NCBI GenBank assembly: GCA_965226795.1
Contig: CBDDDZ010000005.1
Span: 288,001 to 352,000 of the forward strand
Direction: 5' to 3'
Origin: Candidatus Latescibacterota bacterium
GTDB taxonomy: Bacteria; Latescibacterota; UBA2968; GCA-2709665
Length of the DNA: 64,000 bases
Shown: one piece after another, positions 19,701 to 27,933 of the stretch
Layout: each line of letters begins with the position of its first letter
Position numbering within the stretch: position 1 is the first letter of the stretch
Translations under genes and position numbers: made by a program
Notes under the pieces: model-generated
Seen by the model: only the letters and a program-made list of their open reading frames with translations
What the model was told of the DNA's origin: nothing
The model's database searches: none

Positions 19701-20035
19701 TGGGCACGTTCGGTCTGGGGATAGTGATGGTGCGGAACGTCGTTGAGCGACGGGCTGAACTCGCGGCGCTGCGGACGATGGGGTTTCGCAGGTGGTTGTT
19801 GTCCGGACTCCTCTTTGTGGAGAACGGATTTCTGATGTCGATGGGCATGGTCATCGGCGGCGTGTCCGCGATGGTTACCACCGTGCCCCATTCTACGGCC
19901 GGCGAACTGCCATGGGGGTCGCTGTTGGGGACCCTCTGCACAATCTTCGGTGCGGGCCTGGCCGCGGGCGCCGTGGGGATCTTTGTCGCGCTCAGAACCC
20001 CGCTGTTGCCGGCGTTGAAGCGGGAAGGCGCCTGA
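16715..20035 (+). CDS. Large ABC transporter permease, FtsX/MacB family (two periplasmic domains)
   Basis: N-terminal TM helix, QRADEVGVLMASGF and ERRAELAALRTMGF FtsX motifs, two large extracytoplasmic regions. TTG start overlaps the ATPase gene. Confidence 0.88.
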   Translation: MRRSLTFFWRIHLSVMLGVAVATAVLTGALLVGDSVRESLRDLTLDRLGEIDHALVSERFFRAGLARDIEAAGGEFTVVPAVTLTGSAVHAKEGARASRVRILGVDSRFENLFEMEMPDLARRGSATLFVANESLRRELNARVGDAILLSFELPGDIHRESLFGRDEVSESIQTVRVRLTGVLPDRGMGRFGLRARQDVPLNAFVSLPVLQETLGLPARVNTLLASKGTHDAGDPGPGLSRAAMLDDLGLSMRVEAGYFAVESTQFFLKPHVADTILGLADGWGMPRLAILTYLANTIRVGERVLPYSTIAAMDVGRVGMLRLADGSGAPVPGEGEVLLNAWAAKDLHAVTGDAVDVVYFEVGPKEALKTRRVTFRLAGVVAMEGLGADSLLTPEFPGLRDAEDMHAWDPSFPVDLKRIRPVDEAYWDAYRAAPKAIVSAATGQRLWRSRFGNLTSIRIGPLPGEDVRGSAERFRAGLREALSPEAAGLVFQPVREHGLAAASGSTDFSLLFSGFSLFLIVSAALLVALLFRLGVEQRADEVGVLMASGFTVAAIRRRFMGEAIGLAGLGGLGGLAGGLAYGWIMIAGLRTWWVPAVGTTELALHVSGFSLAAGYLISQLVVLLSIRMTVRRLGRVPVRALLSGTLYEESADGGRRARTYALGSLGLAAACLAGAANAGREASMALFFGCGALLLISGLGLLSMWFRGRQHATAVGIWRMGVRNSARNPGRSMLCASLIACACFVVVAVGAHRRADVTEDALNSRTSGGGGFQLVAETDSPLYHDLNTEDGRFELGFSREDADILDRARVLPLRVLPGEDVSCLNLYQPRHPRVLGVPEAMIRRGGFAFERLLEEAEAPWSLLIRRAEPDVIPAFGDVNSVTWILHKKLGDEIPMRTDTGAIVRLRLVGLLKNSIFQSELLVSERNFTAHFPDVGGYGYFLVETDRPGEVGALLERRLQDAGLDATSTAARLARFRAVENTYLSTFQTLGGLGVLLGTFGLGIVMVRNVVERRAELAALRTMGFRRWLLSGLLFVENGFLMSMGMVIGGVSAMVTTVPHSTAGELPWGSLLGTLCTIFGAGLAAGAVGIFVALRTPLLPALKREGA

Positions 20036-20151
20036 ATTTCGCAAAGGCTCGAGGAGAATTGGATTTCGATTGCGGACGGTTGCGGCGTATATTTGATTGA
20101 AGATTCGGCGATCCAGCCAACGCTGTCTATTCCTGGTGAAAGGAGCACAGA

Positions 20152-21453
20152 ATGAAGACGATATTCCGGGCGTTAGCCGTGTTGTTTCTTTTGATCGTTA
20201 CCGAACAGGCGGCGTCAAATTGGCCGCATTGGCGAGGTCCGAACGGGAATGGGCTGGTCGATGGCGGGAATCCGCCCGTGGAGTGGGGCGAGGGAAAGAA
20301 CATAAGATGGAAGGTTCCGATCCCGGGTCTGGGCCATGCGACGCCAATTGTTTGGGGGGACCGGATATTCGTGCAGACGGCCGTCCCGACCGACAGCGTC
20401 ACGGCGGGTTCCGGCCAGGAAAGGCGCGCGGCGACACCGAATCTGTTTCAGTATAAGGTGCTGGCGCTGGACCGGCGGAATGGAAAAACGGTGTGGGAAA
20501 AGACGGTTCGGGAAGCGCGTCCCCACGAAGGGATGCATCAGACGGCATCATTCGCGTCGAACTCCGGAATAACCGATGGCGAGCATCTTTACGCCTATTT
20601 TGGTTCACAGGGCCTGTACTGTCTGGATATGGACGGCAATTTGAAATGGGAGAAAAACTTTGGCAAATACTGGAGCCGGAACGCTTTTGGCGAGGGTGCT
20701 TCGCCCACGATTTACGACAACACACTGATCATCAACTGGGATCACGAAGGGGATTCGTTCATTGTGGCCCTGGATAAGAAAACGGGCAGGGAACTCTGGC
20801 GAAACGAGCGGGATGAGGTCACCTCCTGGTCCACGCCGCTGGCGGTCGAACATAAGGGAAAACGTCAGATCATCGTGAGCGCGTCAAGGCGCACCCGGGG
20901 TTATGACCTGGAGACCGGGGCGCTGATCTGGGAATGCGGCGGGTTGGGGACGAATGTGATTCCGACACCCGTGCATGCAAATGGGGTGGTCTACGTGACA
21001 AGCGGTCACGGGAGCCCGGCTATGCAGGCGATTTCTCTGGATAGGGCGAAGGGCGATATTTCGGGGTCGGATTCGGTGCTTTGGTCGATTACCCGGGATA
21101 CGCCCTACGTGTCGTCACCGCTGCTTTACGGTCACAGGCTTTTCTTCCTGAAGAATCGACGTGCGATTTTGTCCTGTTACAACGCCAAAACGGGCGAAGC
21201 GTTTTTCGGTCCACAACGCCTGGAGGGGATGGGCAGCATCTACGCGTCGTTGATCGGCGTGAAAGATCGCGTGTATATCGCCGGCCTGGAGGGCACGACG
21301 CTGGTGGTCAAAAACAGCCCCGAATTCGAGATTCTGGCGGCAAACACGTTGGATGAAGGGATTGCGGCCTCGCCGGTGGTGGTGGGCGATGCGCTCTATC
21401 TGAGGGGCAGCAAGCACCTCTATTGTATCGTGGAAGACAGGATGGATCAATAG
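20152..21453 (+). CDS. Secreted PQQ-like beta-propeller protein
   Basis: AAGGAG RBS, signal peptide, WPHWRGPNGNG, SWSTP and YVSSP blades. Confidence 0.88.
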   Translation: MKTIFRALAVLFLLIVTEQAASNWPHWRGPNGNGLVDGGNPPVEWGEGKNIRWKVPIPGLGHATPIVWGDRIFVQTAVPTDSVTAGSGQERRAATPNLFQYKVLALDRRNGKTVWEKTVREARPHEGMHQTASFASNSGITDGEHLYAYFGSQGLYCLDMDGNLKWEKNFGKYWSRNAFGEGASPTIYDNTLIINWDHEGDSFIVALDKKTGRELWRNERDEVTSWSTPLAVEHKGKRQIIVSASRRTRGYDLETGALIWECGGLGTNVIPTPVHANGVVYVTSGHGSPAMQAISLDRAKGDISGSDSVLWSITRDTPYVSSPLLYGHRLFFLKNRRAILSCYNAKTGEAFFGPQRLEGMGSIYASLIGVKDRVYIAGLEGTTLVVKNSPEFEILAANTLDEGIAASPVVVGDALYLRGSKHLYCIVEDRMDQ

Positions 21454-21490
21454 AACAGGAACCCGGGACCGAACGGAGAGAGGAGTTTCG

Positions 21491-22489
21491 ATGAACCGGC
21501 TAGCGGGCATGGATCGAGTATTTTGCGTAGCCGTCATTATACTGCTTGGTGCACTTGGGTGTGAGGCGCCGGAGAACGAGCGAGAATCATCCGAATCCGC
21601 ACGACGGTTCCTGAGCGTGGGTACCGCTCCGCCCGGTGGCGCGTTTTTTGTGGTCGGTGGTGCGATCGCCCAGGTTGTGGACGATCACGGGGGCGACCTG
21701 TCCTGGGACGTGAACGCGGAGGCGACCAAGGGGACGCAGGAGAATATCCGCCGGCTCGTGCGCGGGGAGCTGGAATTCGCGCTGGCCAATGCCGCGATTT
21801 CATATTTTGCGGTGCGTGGCGCGGGAGCCTGGGGTGAAAAGCAGGAGATCAACGCCGTGATGACGCTGGCGCCGAATATTGCGCTCTTCATTACGCCGGA
21901 CGGAACGGGGATCCGGGCCATCCCCGATATCAAGGGCAAACGGGTCGTCGTCGGTCCGGCCGGCGCCGGGTTCGAGTACTTCCTCGCGCCGATCCTGGAG
22001 GCGCACGGTGTGACCTACGATGATTTCAGCCCGCTGCACAATACACAGGCGGGGGCCGTGGACATGCTTGCGGACGGATCTGCCGCCGCCGCCTTTCTGG
22101 GCGGCGCCGTGCCCACGGCGTCCATAACCCAGGCGAGCGCTTCTCAGGACGTCCATTTTATCCCCTTCGGAGCCTCTGAGAAAGAGCGCTTGTTTCAGGA
22201 CTATCCTTTCTTCAGCGCCGCGAATATTCCGGCGGACACCTATCGTGGGCAGACCGAAGCCTTCGAAGGCATGAACGTCGGTTCGATGCACCTGGTGACG
22301 CGGGCCGGCCTGGACGAAGAGACCGTCTACCGGTTTACCAGGATCCTTTACGAGAACCGTGCAGACGTGGTCAGGAAGCATCCGGCAGGCAAAGCCATCC
22401 AACCGGGGAATGTGATTCGGGATACGGGCACACCCTTCCATCCCGGGGCGATCAGGTATTACAGGGAAATCGGGATCTGGCCTAACTGA
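21491..22489 (+). CDS. TAXI-family TRAP transporter solute-binding lipoprotein
   Basis: Lipobox LGC, GTAPPGGAFF, TKGTQENI, PFHPGAIRYYRE. Confidence 0.92.
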   Translation: MNRLAGMDRVFCVAVIILLGALGCEAPENERESSESARRFLSVGTAPPGGAFFVVGGAIAQVVDDHGGDLSWDVNAEATKGTQENIRRLVRGELEFALANAAISYFAVRGAGAWGEKQEINAVMTLAPNIALFITPDGTGIRAIPDIKGKRVVVGPAGAGFEYFLAPILEAHGVTYDDFSPLHNTQAGAVDMLADGSAAAAFLGGAVPTASITQASASQDVHFIPFGASEKERLFQDYPFFSAANIPADTYRGQTEAFEGMNVGSMHLVTRAGLDEETVYRFTRILYENRADVVRKHPAGKAIQPGNVIRDTGTPFHPGAIRYYREIGIWPN

Positions 22490-22490
22490 T

Positions 22491-24422
22491 ATGCTCGAAT
22501 CATGGCTTTTTCGTATCCTGGCGACCCTGCTGAGTCTTTTTGTCCTGGCTGAGGTCAACTATCCAGGATTGACGCCTCAAGCCCAACTGGCGGTTTTTGC
22601 CATGTTGGGCTTGAGTCTTGTTTTTCTCAAGCACCCGGTGCGTCCTGGTGCCGCCAGTGGAAAATCTCCAGGGACTCTGGATTTTTTCCTCGTTGCGGCT
22701 GTTTTTATTTGTTTCGGCTATGTGCTGGTTCAGACTGAGCCGGTCTTCAGGAACTATTGGTTGGGTGGCCGCAGCCTGGGTAACCGTGCGGGGCTGGAAC
22801 ATCCGCTGGATTGGACAGTCGGGCTGGTCGGCCTCATTCTCGTGCTCGAAGCGACCCGCCGGGCGATCGGCCTCACCCTGCCCCTGCTCTCCCTGGCGTT
22901 TCTCGCCTACGCCGCCTTCGGCCACGCGATGCCGGACTGGCTTTTCCCTCACAGGGGATATGGCTGGGAGCGTATCGTCTCTCAGACCTTTCTGCATTCA
23001 CAGGGCATATTCGGCATCGCGTTGAAAGTGATGTTCACCTACGTGTTTCTCTTCGTTCTGTTCGGCACGACGCTGGATAAGACCGGCGCGACCGCGTACG
23101 TGTTGGATGCCGCGCGCCGGTTTTTTCGGCAGCGCACCGGCGGATCCGCGAAGGTTGCCGTTGTTTCTTCAGGGATGATGGGTTCGCTTTCCGGAAGTGC
23201 GGTCGCGAACACGGCCACGACGGGTACGTTCACGATCCCGATGATGCGTTCGGCCGGATTCCGGCCTGTGGTTGCAGGGGGGATTGAGGCGGCGGCCAGT
23301 TCGGGCGGGGCGCTGGTGCCTCCGATAATGGGCGCCGGCGCTTATATGATGCTGGAGATGGTGGAGCCGGCGGTCTCCTATCTGGAGATAATCAGAGCGG
23401 CGCTCATCCCTGCGGCTTTCTACTATACCGCGCTTCTGCTGATCGTTCACTTCTACGCAAAGCGCATCCGGGTGGACGCAGGGGAAGAAGAAACCTCGAG
23501 TCGCCCGGCGGGAGCCCAGGGCCTTGTCTTCCTGGTGGCTCTTGTGGGCCTGATCCTGCTGATTGTACTCGGGTATACGCCGTTTCGGGCGGTCAGCATC
23601 GCTTTGGTCTGCATGCTCCTGGTGGCCGCATTGTACCGGACGACGCGCGTGGGGCCTCGCGCGCTGTTGCATGCGGTGGAAAGCGCGGCTCACGGCGGCG
23701 TGTCTTTAATCGCGGCCGCTTCCTGTGTGGGAATCATCATCGGGGTGGTGACGCTTACCGGTATCGGCACCAAACTGCCTGGCGCCATTTTATCCCTGGC
23801 GCAGGACAACCTGGTCCTGGCGCTGATACTGCTGATGGTTTCCACCATCATCCTGGGGATGGGTCTGCCATCGGCGGTATGTTATCTCCTGATGGCCACC
23901 CTTGTCGGCCCGGTTCTGGGCGATCTGGGGGTTATACCCCTGGCGGCGCACATGTTTATCTTCTATTTCGGGATGATGTCGATGGTGACGCCTCCGGTGG
24001 CACTGGCCGCCTACACGGCCGCCGCAATTGCAAAGGCGGACATCATGCGAACGGGCTTGGCGGCCTTTCGTTTCGCCCTTGTGGGCTTTGCCCTTCCCTA
24101 TGCTTTCGTTCTGCATCCCGAGTTGCTTCTGGTTTCGCCCGATCTGCCGACCACGTTGATCAACGTTCTCGTTGTCTTTCTGGGAATTTTTCCCCTGGCG
24201 GCCTCCATTTCCGGCCATGGCTTCGCTCCGCTCAATGCGTGGCAACGCGTTGCTCTGCTAGTTGCGGCTCTCGTCCTCTTTCTCACTCCTTCCGGAAGTA
24301 TGCGGGTCTGGATTCAGGGATCCGCCCTGTTGGTTACCGGGATCGTCGCCGTTCTTAACCGTCGGTCCGCCGCGGCTTCGGTTCACAGTCAGGACGAGTG
24401 CGCTGATGCGCCCGACGGCTGA
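22491..24422 (+). CDS. TRAP transporter fused (4TM/12TM) permease
   Basis: LEATRR, GSAVANTATTGTFTIPMM, IEAAASSGG..PPIMGAGA, LGMGLP, TPPVALAA. Confidence 0.93.
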   Translation: MLESWLFRILATLLSLFVLAEVNYPGLTPQAQLAVFAMLGLSLVFLKHPVRPGAASGKSPGTLDFFLVAAVFICFGYVLVQTEPVFRNYWLGGRSLGNRAGLEHPLDWTVGLVGLILVLEATRRAIGLTLPLLSLAFLAYAAFGHAMPDWLFPHRGYGWERIVSQTFLHSQGIFGIALKVMFTYVFLFVLFGTTLDKTGATAYVLDAARRFFRQRTGGSAKVAVVSSGMMGSLSGSAVANTATTGTFTIPMMRSAGFRPVVAGGIEAAASSGGALVPPIMGAGAYMMLEMVEPAVSYLEIIRAALIPAAFYYTALLLIVHFYAKRIRVDAGEEETSSRPAGAQGLVFLVALVGLILLIVLGYTPFRAVSIALVCMLLVAALYRTTRVGPRALLHAVESAAHGGVSLIAAASCVGIIIGVVTLTGIGTKLPGAILSLAQDNLVLALILLMVSTIILGMGLPSAVCYLLMATLVGPVLGDLGVIPLAAHMFIFYFGMMSMVTPPVALAAYTAAAIAKADIMRTGLAAFRFALVGFALPYAFVLHPELLLVSPDLPTTLINVLVVFLGIFPLAASISGHGFAPLNAWQRVALLVAALVLFLTPSGSMRVWIQGSALLVTGIVAVLNRRSAAASVHSQDECADAPDG

Positions 24423-24914
24423 GTGATATCCGGCAGCCGTCATCGCTCGCAGGACGTCGTCGGCCCCCCGTGGCGACAAAGTCCCATCCAGAACACAGGC
24501 CTTCAGGATTCCGACGGTTCCCGTAAAAACGACACCTCTATCGAAACAACAACTCCTGGCGGCCCGGTCGTCCGTGGCAACAATACCGCCGCGGGTTTGC
24601 GCGAGGGTTATACACGAGGCTTCGCCGGGGGAGAGAGTCTGCAAGAGTTCCCGGTAGGTATCGCGCTCTTCCGGAGAGAAGCGTTCAACACCGCTCAATC
24701 TCCCGGTCGCAACTGCGGTCTCGACCTCCTGCAAGCCGGAGTAGCCGGCGACAATGCCGTCGGCGATCTCGTCCAGCACCTGCGGCGTGACATGTGCCCG
24801 AAGACCGTAACGGGTAATGACCAGGTCCAGGCGGACGGAAAGGACGAAATTGCTCAGCGTAACCGTATCGAAAAAGAACTGCCGGCCAGGTTCAGGCACG
24901 CGCGGCATCCTCAT
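24258..24914 (-). CDS. PIN-domain (DUF3368-like) toxin
   Basis: FFDTVTLSNF, LSPGEASCI, TDDRAAR, GTVGIL. The C-terminal ~45 aa run antisense into the TRAP permease gene. Confidence 0.8.
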   Translation of the reverse strand: MRMPRVPEPGRQFFFDTVTLSNFVLSVRLDLVITRYGLRAHVTPQVLDEIADGIVAGYSGLQEVETAVATGRLSGVERFSPEERDTYRELLQTLSPGEASCITLAQTRGGIVATDDRAARSCCFDRGVVFTGTVGILKACVLDGTLSPRGADDVLRAMTAAGYHSAVGRISALVLTVNRSRGGPTVKNGDDPGNQQGGSLNPDPHTSGRSEKEDESRN

Positions 24915-25206
24915 CGCCGTACACGTTGCGCTGGGGGATGCCCTGCTCTAAAAGCCACGACCTCAGGTGCAAGACGTGCATTCCCATCTCCCTGGCCAGC
25001 TTTCCGAGGCTGATAAACCCACCCTGGTAGGCGGCAAGCGCCTGGCTTTGGCGAAGCGGCAACTCGGCGAATCCAGGCTGGTAACAGGCGGAAATTGCTT
25101 CCCGCACGAGCTGCCCCTTGCTTTTTCGACGGATGTCCGACAGTCTTCTCAGCTTCAGGTCCGTCTCGCTGTCGATCTTGATGTGCAACGTCCTGTCATT
25201 TGCCAT
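24892..25206 (-). CDS. Antitoxin, RHH (CopG-like) fused to UPF0175 domain
   Basis: N-terminal strand-helix-helix (TLHIKID..SKGQLVREAI), C-terminal AYQGGFISLGKLAREMG. AGGAGG RBS. Overlaps the toxin start. Confidence 0.8.
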   Translation of the reverse strand: MANDRTLHIKIDSETDLKLRRLSDIRRKSKGQLVREAISACYQPGFAELPLRQSQALAAYQGGFISLGKLAREMGMHVLHLRSWLLEQGIPQRNVYGDEDAARA

Positions 25207-25234
25207 ATTCGCCTCCTGAAAAGGTGTCTGGTTC

Positions 25235-25270
25235 TTGTATTAATATACAACTTCTTATACAAGATATCAA
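25235..25270 (-). promoter_or_regulatory. Sigma70-like promoter with overlapping inverted-repeat operator for the TA operon
   Basis: Minus strand TTGATA (25270-25265), 17 bp, TATATT (25247-25242). Inverted repeat TTGTAT-taat-ATACAA at 25235-25250 and an extra half-site at 25257-25262. Confidence 0.6.
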
Positions 25271-25410
25271 GATCGGGTACAATCAGATGCAAGGGCAAAT
25301 AAGTCGATACTTTTTTTGGGTGATCCGCCGGAGGCAGGGCGAAACTGGGGAAAGGCGAATGATGGGTAATTCTCCGGGCCTGTCCGGTCATTTCCTACTG
25401 TCTCTTTAAT

Positions 25411-25590
25411 CTTGTTTTTCTTTCTTATTCGCGTAAGAAAAAGGACCAAAAAGAACCGCGCCGCTCAAACGCCGCGGGGCTGCTTTTCCGCGAATCGCCT
25501 CAGTGGCAGTTACCTGGTTTGGTGGCCTGCTGAAATCGTAGGCATCCATAAACCGTGTTGCTGAATGGATTAGCGCGGAAAAGCCCCTTC
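25411..25590 (-). repeat. Structured repeat element, copy A (candidate ncRNA/MITE)
   Basis: Reverse complement aligns with copies at 32126 and 33473: GGGGCTTTTCCGCG..CGCGGAAAAGC outer helix and TTTCTTA-loop-TAAGAAA terminal hairpin. Confidence 0.65.
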
Positions 25591-25690
25591 CGCGCAGACC
25601 GGGAGGGTGAGAGGTAACAGGGACGGACCGCGGTGAGGATTTGGGGTTGTACCGCGAACCTACGTTAGCTAACCGTTGAGGGCTTTACCC

Positions 25691-25758
25691 GGGAGCGAGG
25701 GCTTCCAGCCCTCGACGCACCGTCGTTGCATTTGTAGGGGCAACTTTCAAAGTTGCCC
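25691..25758 (+). repeat. Two REP-like hairpins (GGGAGCGAGGGCTTCCAGCCCTCG; GTAGGGGCAACTTTCAAAGTTGCCC)
   Basis: Short palindromes. The second begins with the GTAG tetranucleotide of RAYT-associated REPs. Confidence 0.6.
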
Positions 25759-25872
25759 ACGTGATAGCGTTGACATCGGCAACTGACATCGCCAGGCCGA
25801 TCGCTGACTGCTGCTCGCGCTCAGAAAGCCACGCAATTTGCGAACGCGGTTCCATTCCAGAGCGCTACCAGA

Positions 25873-26045
25873 GCAGAGCGCGCGGTTCCATCCAGCGCCG
25901 AGGATCGTTGTTCTACGGTGGCTGGCAGGGCAAAGGATCATGTGCCTCCGGGGAGGCAATTCGCGCTGTGCATATGGACGGCCCCGCGCCTGGGGGCGAC
26001 TTTTGGTTCCTTTTGGTCGCTTCAAAAGGAACTCGCCGAAGGCAG
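25873..26045 (+). repeat. Structured repeat element, copy B (most diverged)
   Basis: GCAGAGCGCG/CGCGCTGTGC helix. Shared motifs TCCATCCAGC, GCAGGGC, ATTCGCG, CGGCCCCGCGCC and terminal hairpin GTTCCTTTTG..CAAAAGGAAC. Confidence 0.5.
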
Positions 26046-26250
26046 GGAATTTGGGGAGATATGGATTTTGAAGTTGGTTCTCGGTTTTTGCTTCAAGCTG
26101 ATTACTGACTGCTGATGGCTGACCGCTATTCTCGCCGGAGGCAGGGAATTTGGGGAGAAGTGGAATTGGATTCTGGTTTTTGCCTTTTGCTTCAAGCTGA
26201 CTGCTGAGAGCTGACCGCTGATAGCTGTTTATTCTGATCGCTGACCGCTG
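26032..26250 (+). repeat. 99-bp imperfect tandem duplication ending in GCTGAYN heptamer runs
   Basis: CTCGCCG(A/G)AGGCAGGGAATTTGGGGAGA at 26032 and 26131, each followed by TTTTGCTTCAAGCTGA and heptamer repeats. Confidence 0.75.
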
Positions 26251-26303
26251 CGCACGCTGTGGTCCTCTTCCGTCTTCGGACTTGCTTCTTGCGTTGGGAA
26301 AAA

Positions 26304-27869
26304 CTACGGCGAGACGCCTCTTTTGTCGGTGGGGCCGAGCAGGGTTCGGAGGCGGTTGCGGGTGAGGGCGATGAAGTTGCAAAGAAAGGGGCGGGTTTCC
26401 CGCGGATCGATGATTTCTTCTACGGCAAAGGCTTCAGCGGAGCGAAATGGAGACGTGAACTGTCTGAGTTCCTCCTCCAGTTCTTTCTCGCGAGCCGCCG
26501 GGTTCTCGGCGTTCGCAATATCCCGCCGGTAGGCGGCGGCAACGCCGCCTTCGATGGGCAGGGAGCCCCACTCTCCGGAGGGCCAGGCAATCTTGAAGTC
26601 CAGGCCGTCTTTGTCGCAGGTGGCCATGCCGGCCATGCCGTAACATTTCCGAATGACCAGCGTGATAATGGGCACCCTGACGCGATGTATCGCGAAGACC
26701 GTCTTCATCCCTTCGCGCAGGGTGGCTTCCTGCTCTGCTGCGGTGCCGATCATGAATCCCGGGATGTCCACGAAAAAGATCAGCGGGATGTGGAAGCAGT
26801 CGCACATTTCGATGAAATGGGTCTGTTTGCGCGCTTCTTTGGCGCCCATGGCGCCCCCGGATACCATGGGGTTGTTGGCGACAATGCCCACCGGTTGGCC
26901 GTTGAGCCGCGCGAGACAGGTGATGAGCGCGCGTCCGAACGTGGGCTGGATTTCAAAGATGGAGCCCTGGTCCATAACCAGTTCCAGCAGGCGGTGCATC
27001 CGGTAGGGGGAGGTGCGTTCACGCGGTAATATGGATAACAGTTCCTCTTCACACCGGTCAACCGGGTCGTCGCTGGCTTCGGAGGGGGGCAGTTCCCATA
27101 CGTTCTGAGGCATGTAGGAGAGAAAACGCCGTATCATGTAAAGGCACTCGCGTTCGGTGTCGACCGCGTTGTCGACGGTGCCGGCCATGTCCACGGCAAT
27201 ATCGGGTCCGCCGAGGTCTTCCTTCGAGACCTCTTCCCCCAGTGCGCGTTTGACGAGGGGCGGCCCACCTGAGAAAATCTGACTCGTACGTCGCACCATA
27301 ACGGACCAGTGCGAGAGAATGGTTCGTCCGGCGGGTCCGCCTGCCGCCGTACCGAGTACGGCGGATATGACGGGGACTTCGCCGAGGAGTTGAACGGAGC
27401 GGCCGAAACTGTTGACCCCAGGGAAGACCGTGTAACCACGTTTTTCAGCGCCTCTCACCGACCCGCCGGCCCCGTCCGCAAGGTTGATGAGCGGAATGAG
27501 ATACGTTGACGCAAGGTCTTCTATAAAGCCGCCCTGTCCGCCCTTTCGCCGGTGCGTGCCGGGGCTGCTGCCTCCCCGAACGGTGAAATCTTCGCCGCCA
27601 ATGGCCACGGGCCTACCATTGATGCGGGCGATGCCCATCACGTAAGGGGCGGGCTGGACGCTGATCAAGTTGCCGGCTTCGTCGTACTCGCCTCTGCCCG
27701 TGAGGCTGCCGACTTCTGTGAATGAGCCGCTGTCCACCAGTGCATCGACGCGTTCCCGAATGGTGAACCTGCCCTGCCCGTGCTGGCGTTCGACGTTCTC
27801 GGACCCGCCCATTTTTCTGGACCAGGACCGACGCGCCTCGAGTTCATCGCTCTCTTTTTGCCAGCTCAT
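26304..27869 (-). CDS. Acyl-CoA carboxylase carboxyltransferase (beta) subunit
   Basis: GG..NVERQHGQGRFTIRER, DFTVRGGS, GPPLVKRALGE, FVDIPGFMIG, RKCYG, IIDPRETR. AGGAGG RBS before ATG 27869. Confidence 0.92.
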   Translation of the reverse strand: MSWQKESDELEARRSWSRKMGGSENVERQHGQGRFTIRERVDALVDSGSFTEVGSLTGRGEYDEAGNLISVQPAPYVMGIARINGRPVAIGGEDFTVRGGSSPGTHRRKGGQGGFIEDLASTYLIPLINLADGAGGSVRGAEKRGYTVFPGVNSFGRSVQLLGEVPVISAVLGTAAGGPAGRTILSHWSVMVRRTSQIFSGGPPLVKRALGEEVSKEDLGGPDIAVDMAGTVDNAVDTERECLYMIRRFLSYMPQNVWELPPSEASDDPVDRCEEELLSILPRERTSPYRMHRLLELVMDQGSIFEIQPTFGRALITCLARLNGQPVGIVANNPMVSGGAMGAKEARKQTHFIEMCDCFHIPLIFFVDIPGFMIGTAAEQEATLREGMKTVFAIHRVRVPIITLVIRKCYGMAGMATCDKDGLDFKIAWPSGEWGSLPIEGGVAAAYRRDIANAENPAAREKELEEELRQFTSPFRSAEAFAVEEIIDPRETRPFLCNFIALTRNRLRTLLGPTDKRGVSP

Positions 27870-27933
27870 CCGGACCTCCTGTACGACGGGCGATGTTTCG
27901 CCCGCGGCATCTGGTTTGCGCGCTTTTCGCCCG

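Noticed and set aside
25747..26382. ORFs across repeat regions (25747-26382, 30416-31027, 32218-32640, 33444-33722)
   Set aside because: They translate REP or structured repeats (e.g. LSLSKG, QRSAFSRQL, ALFLASPKKK) and are unlikely to be proteins.
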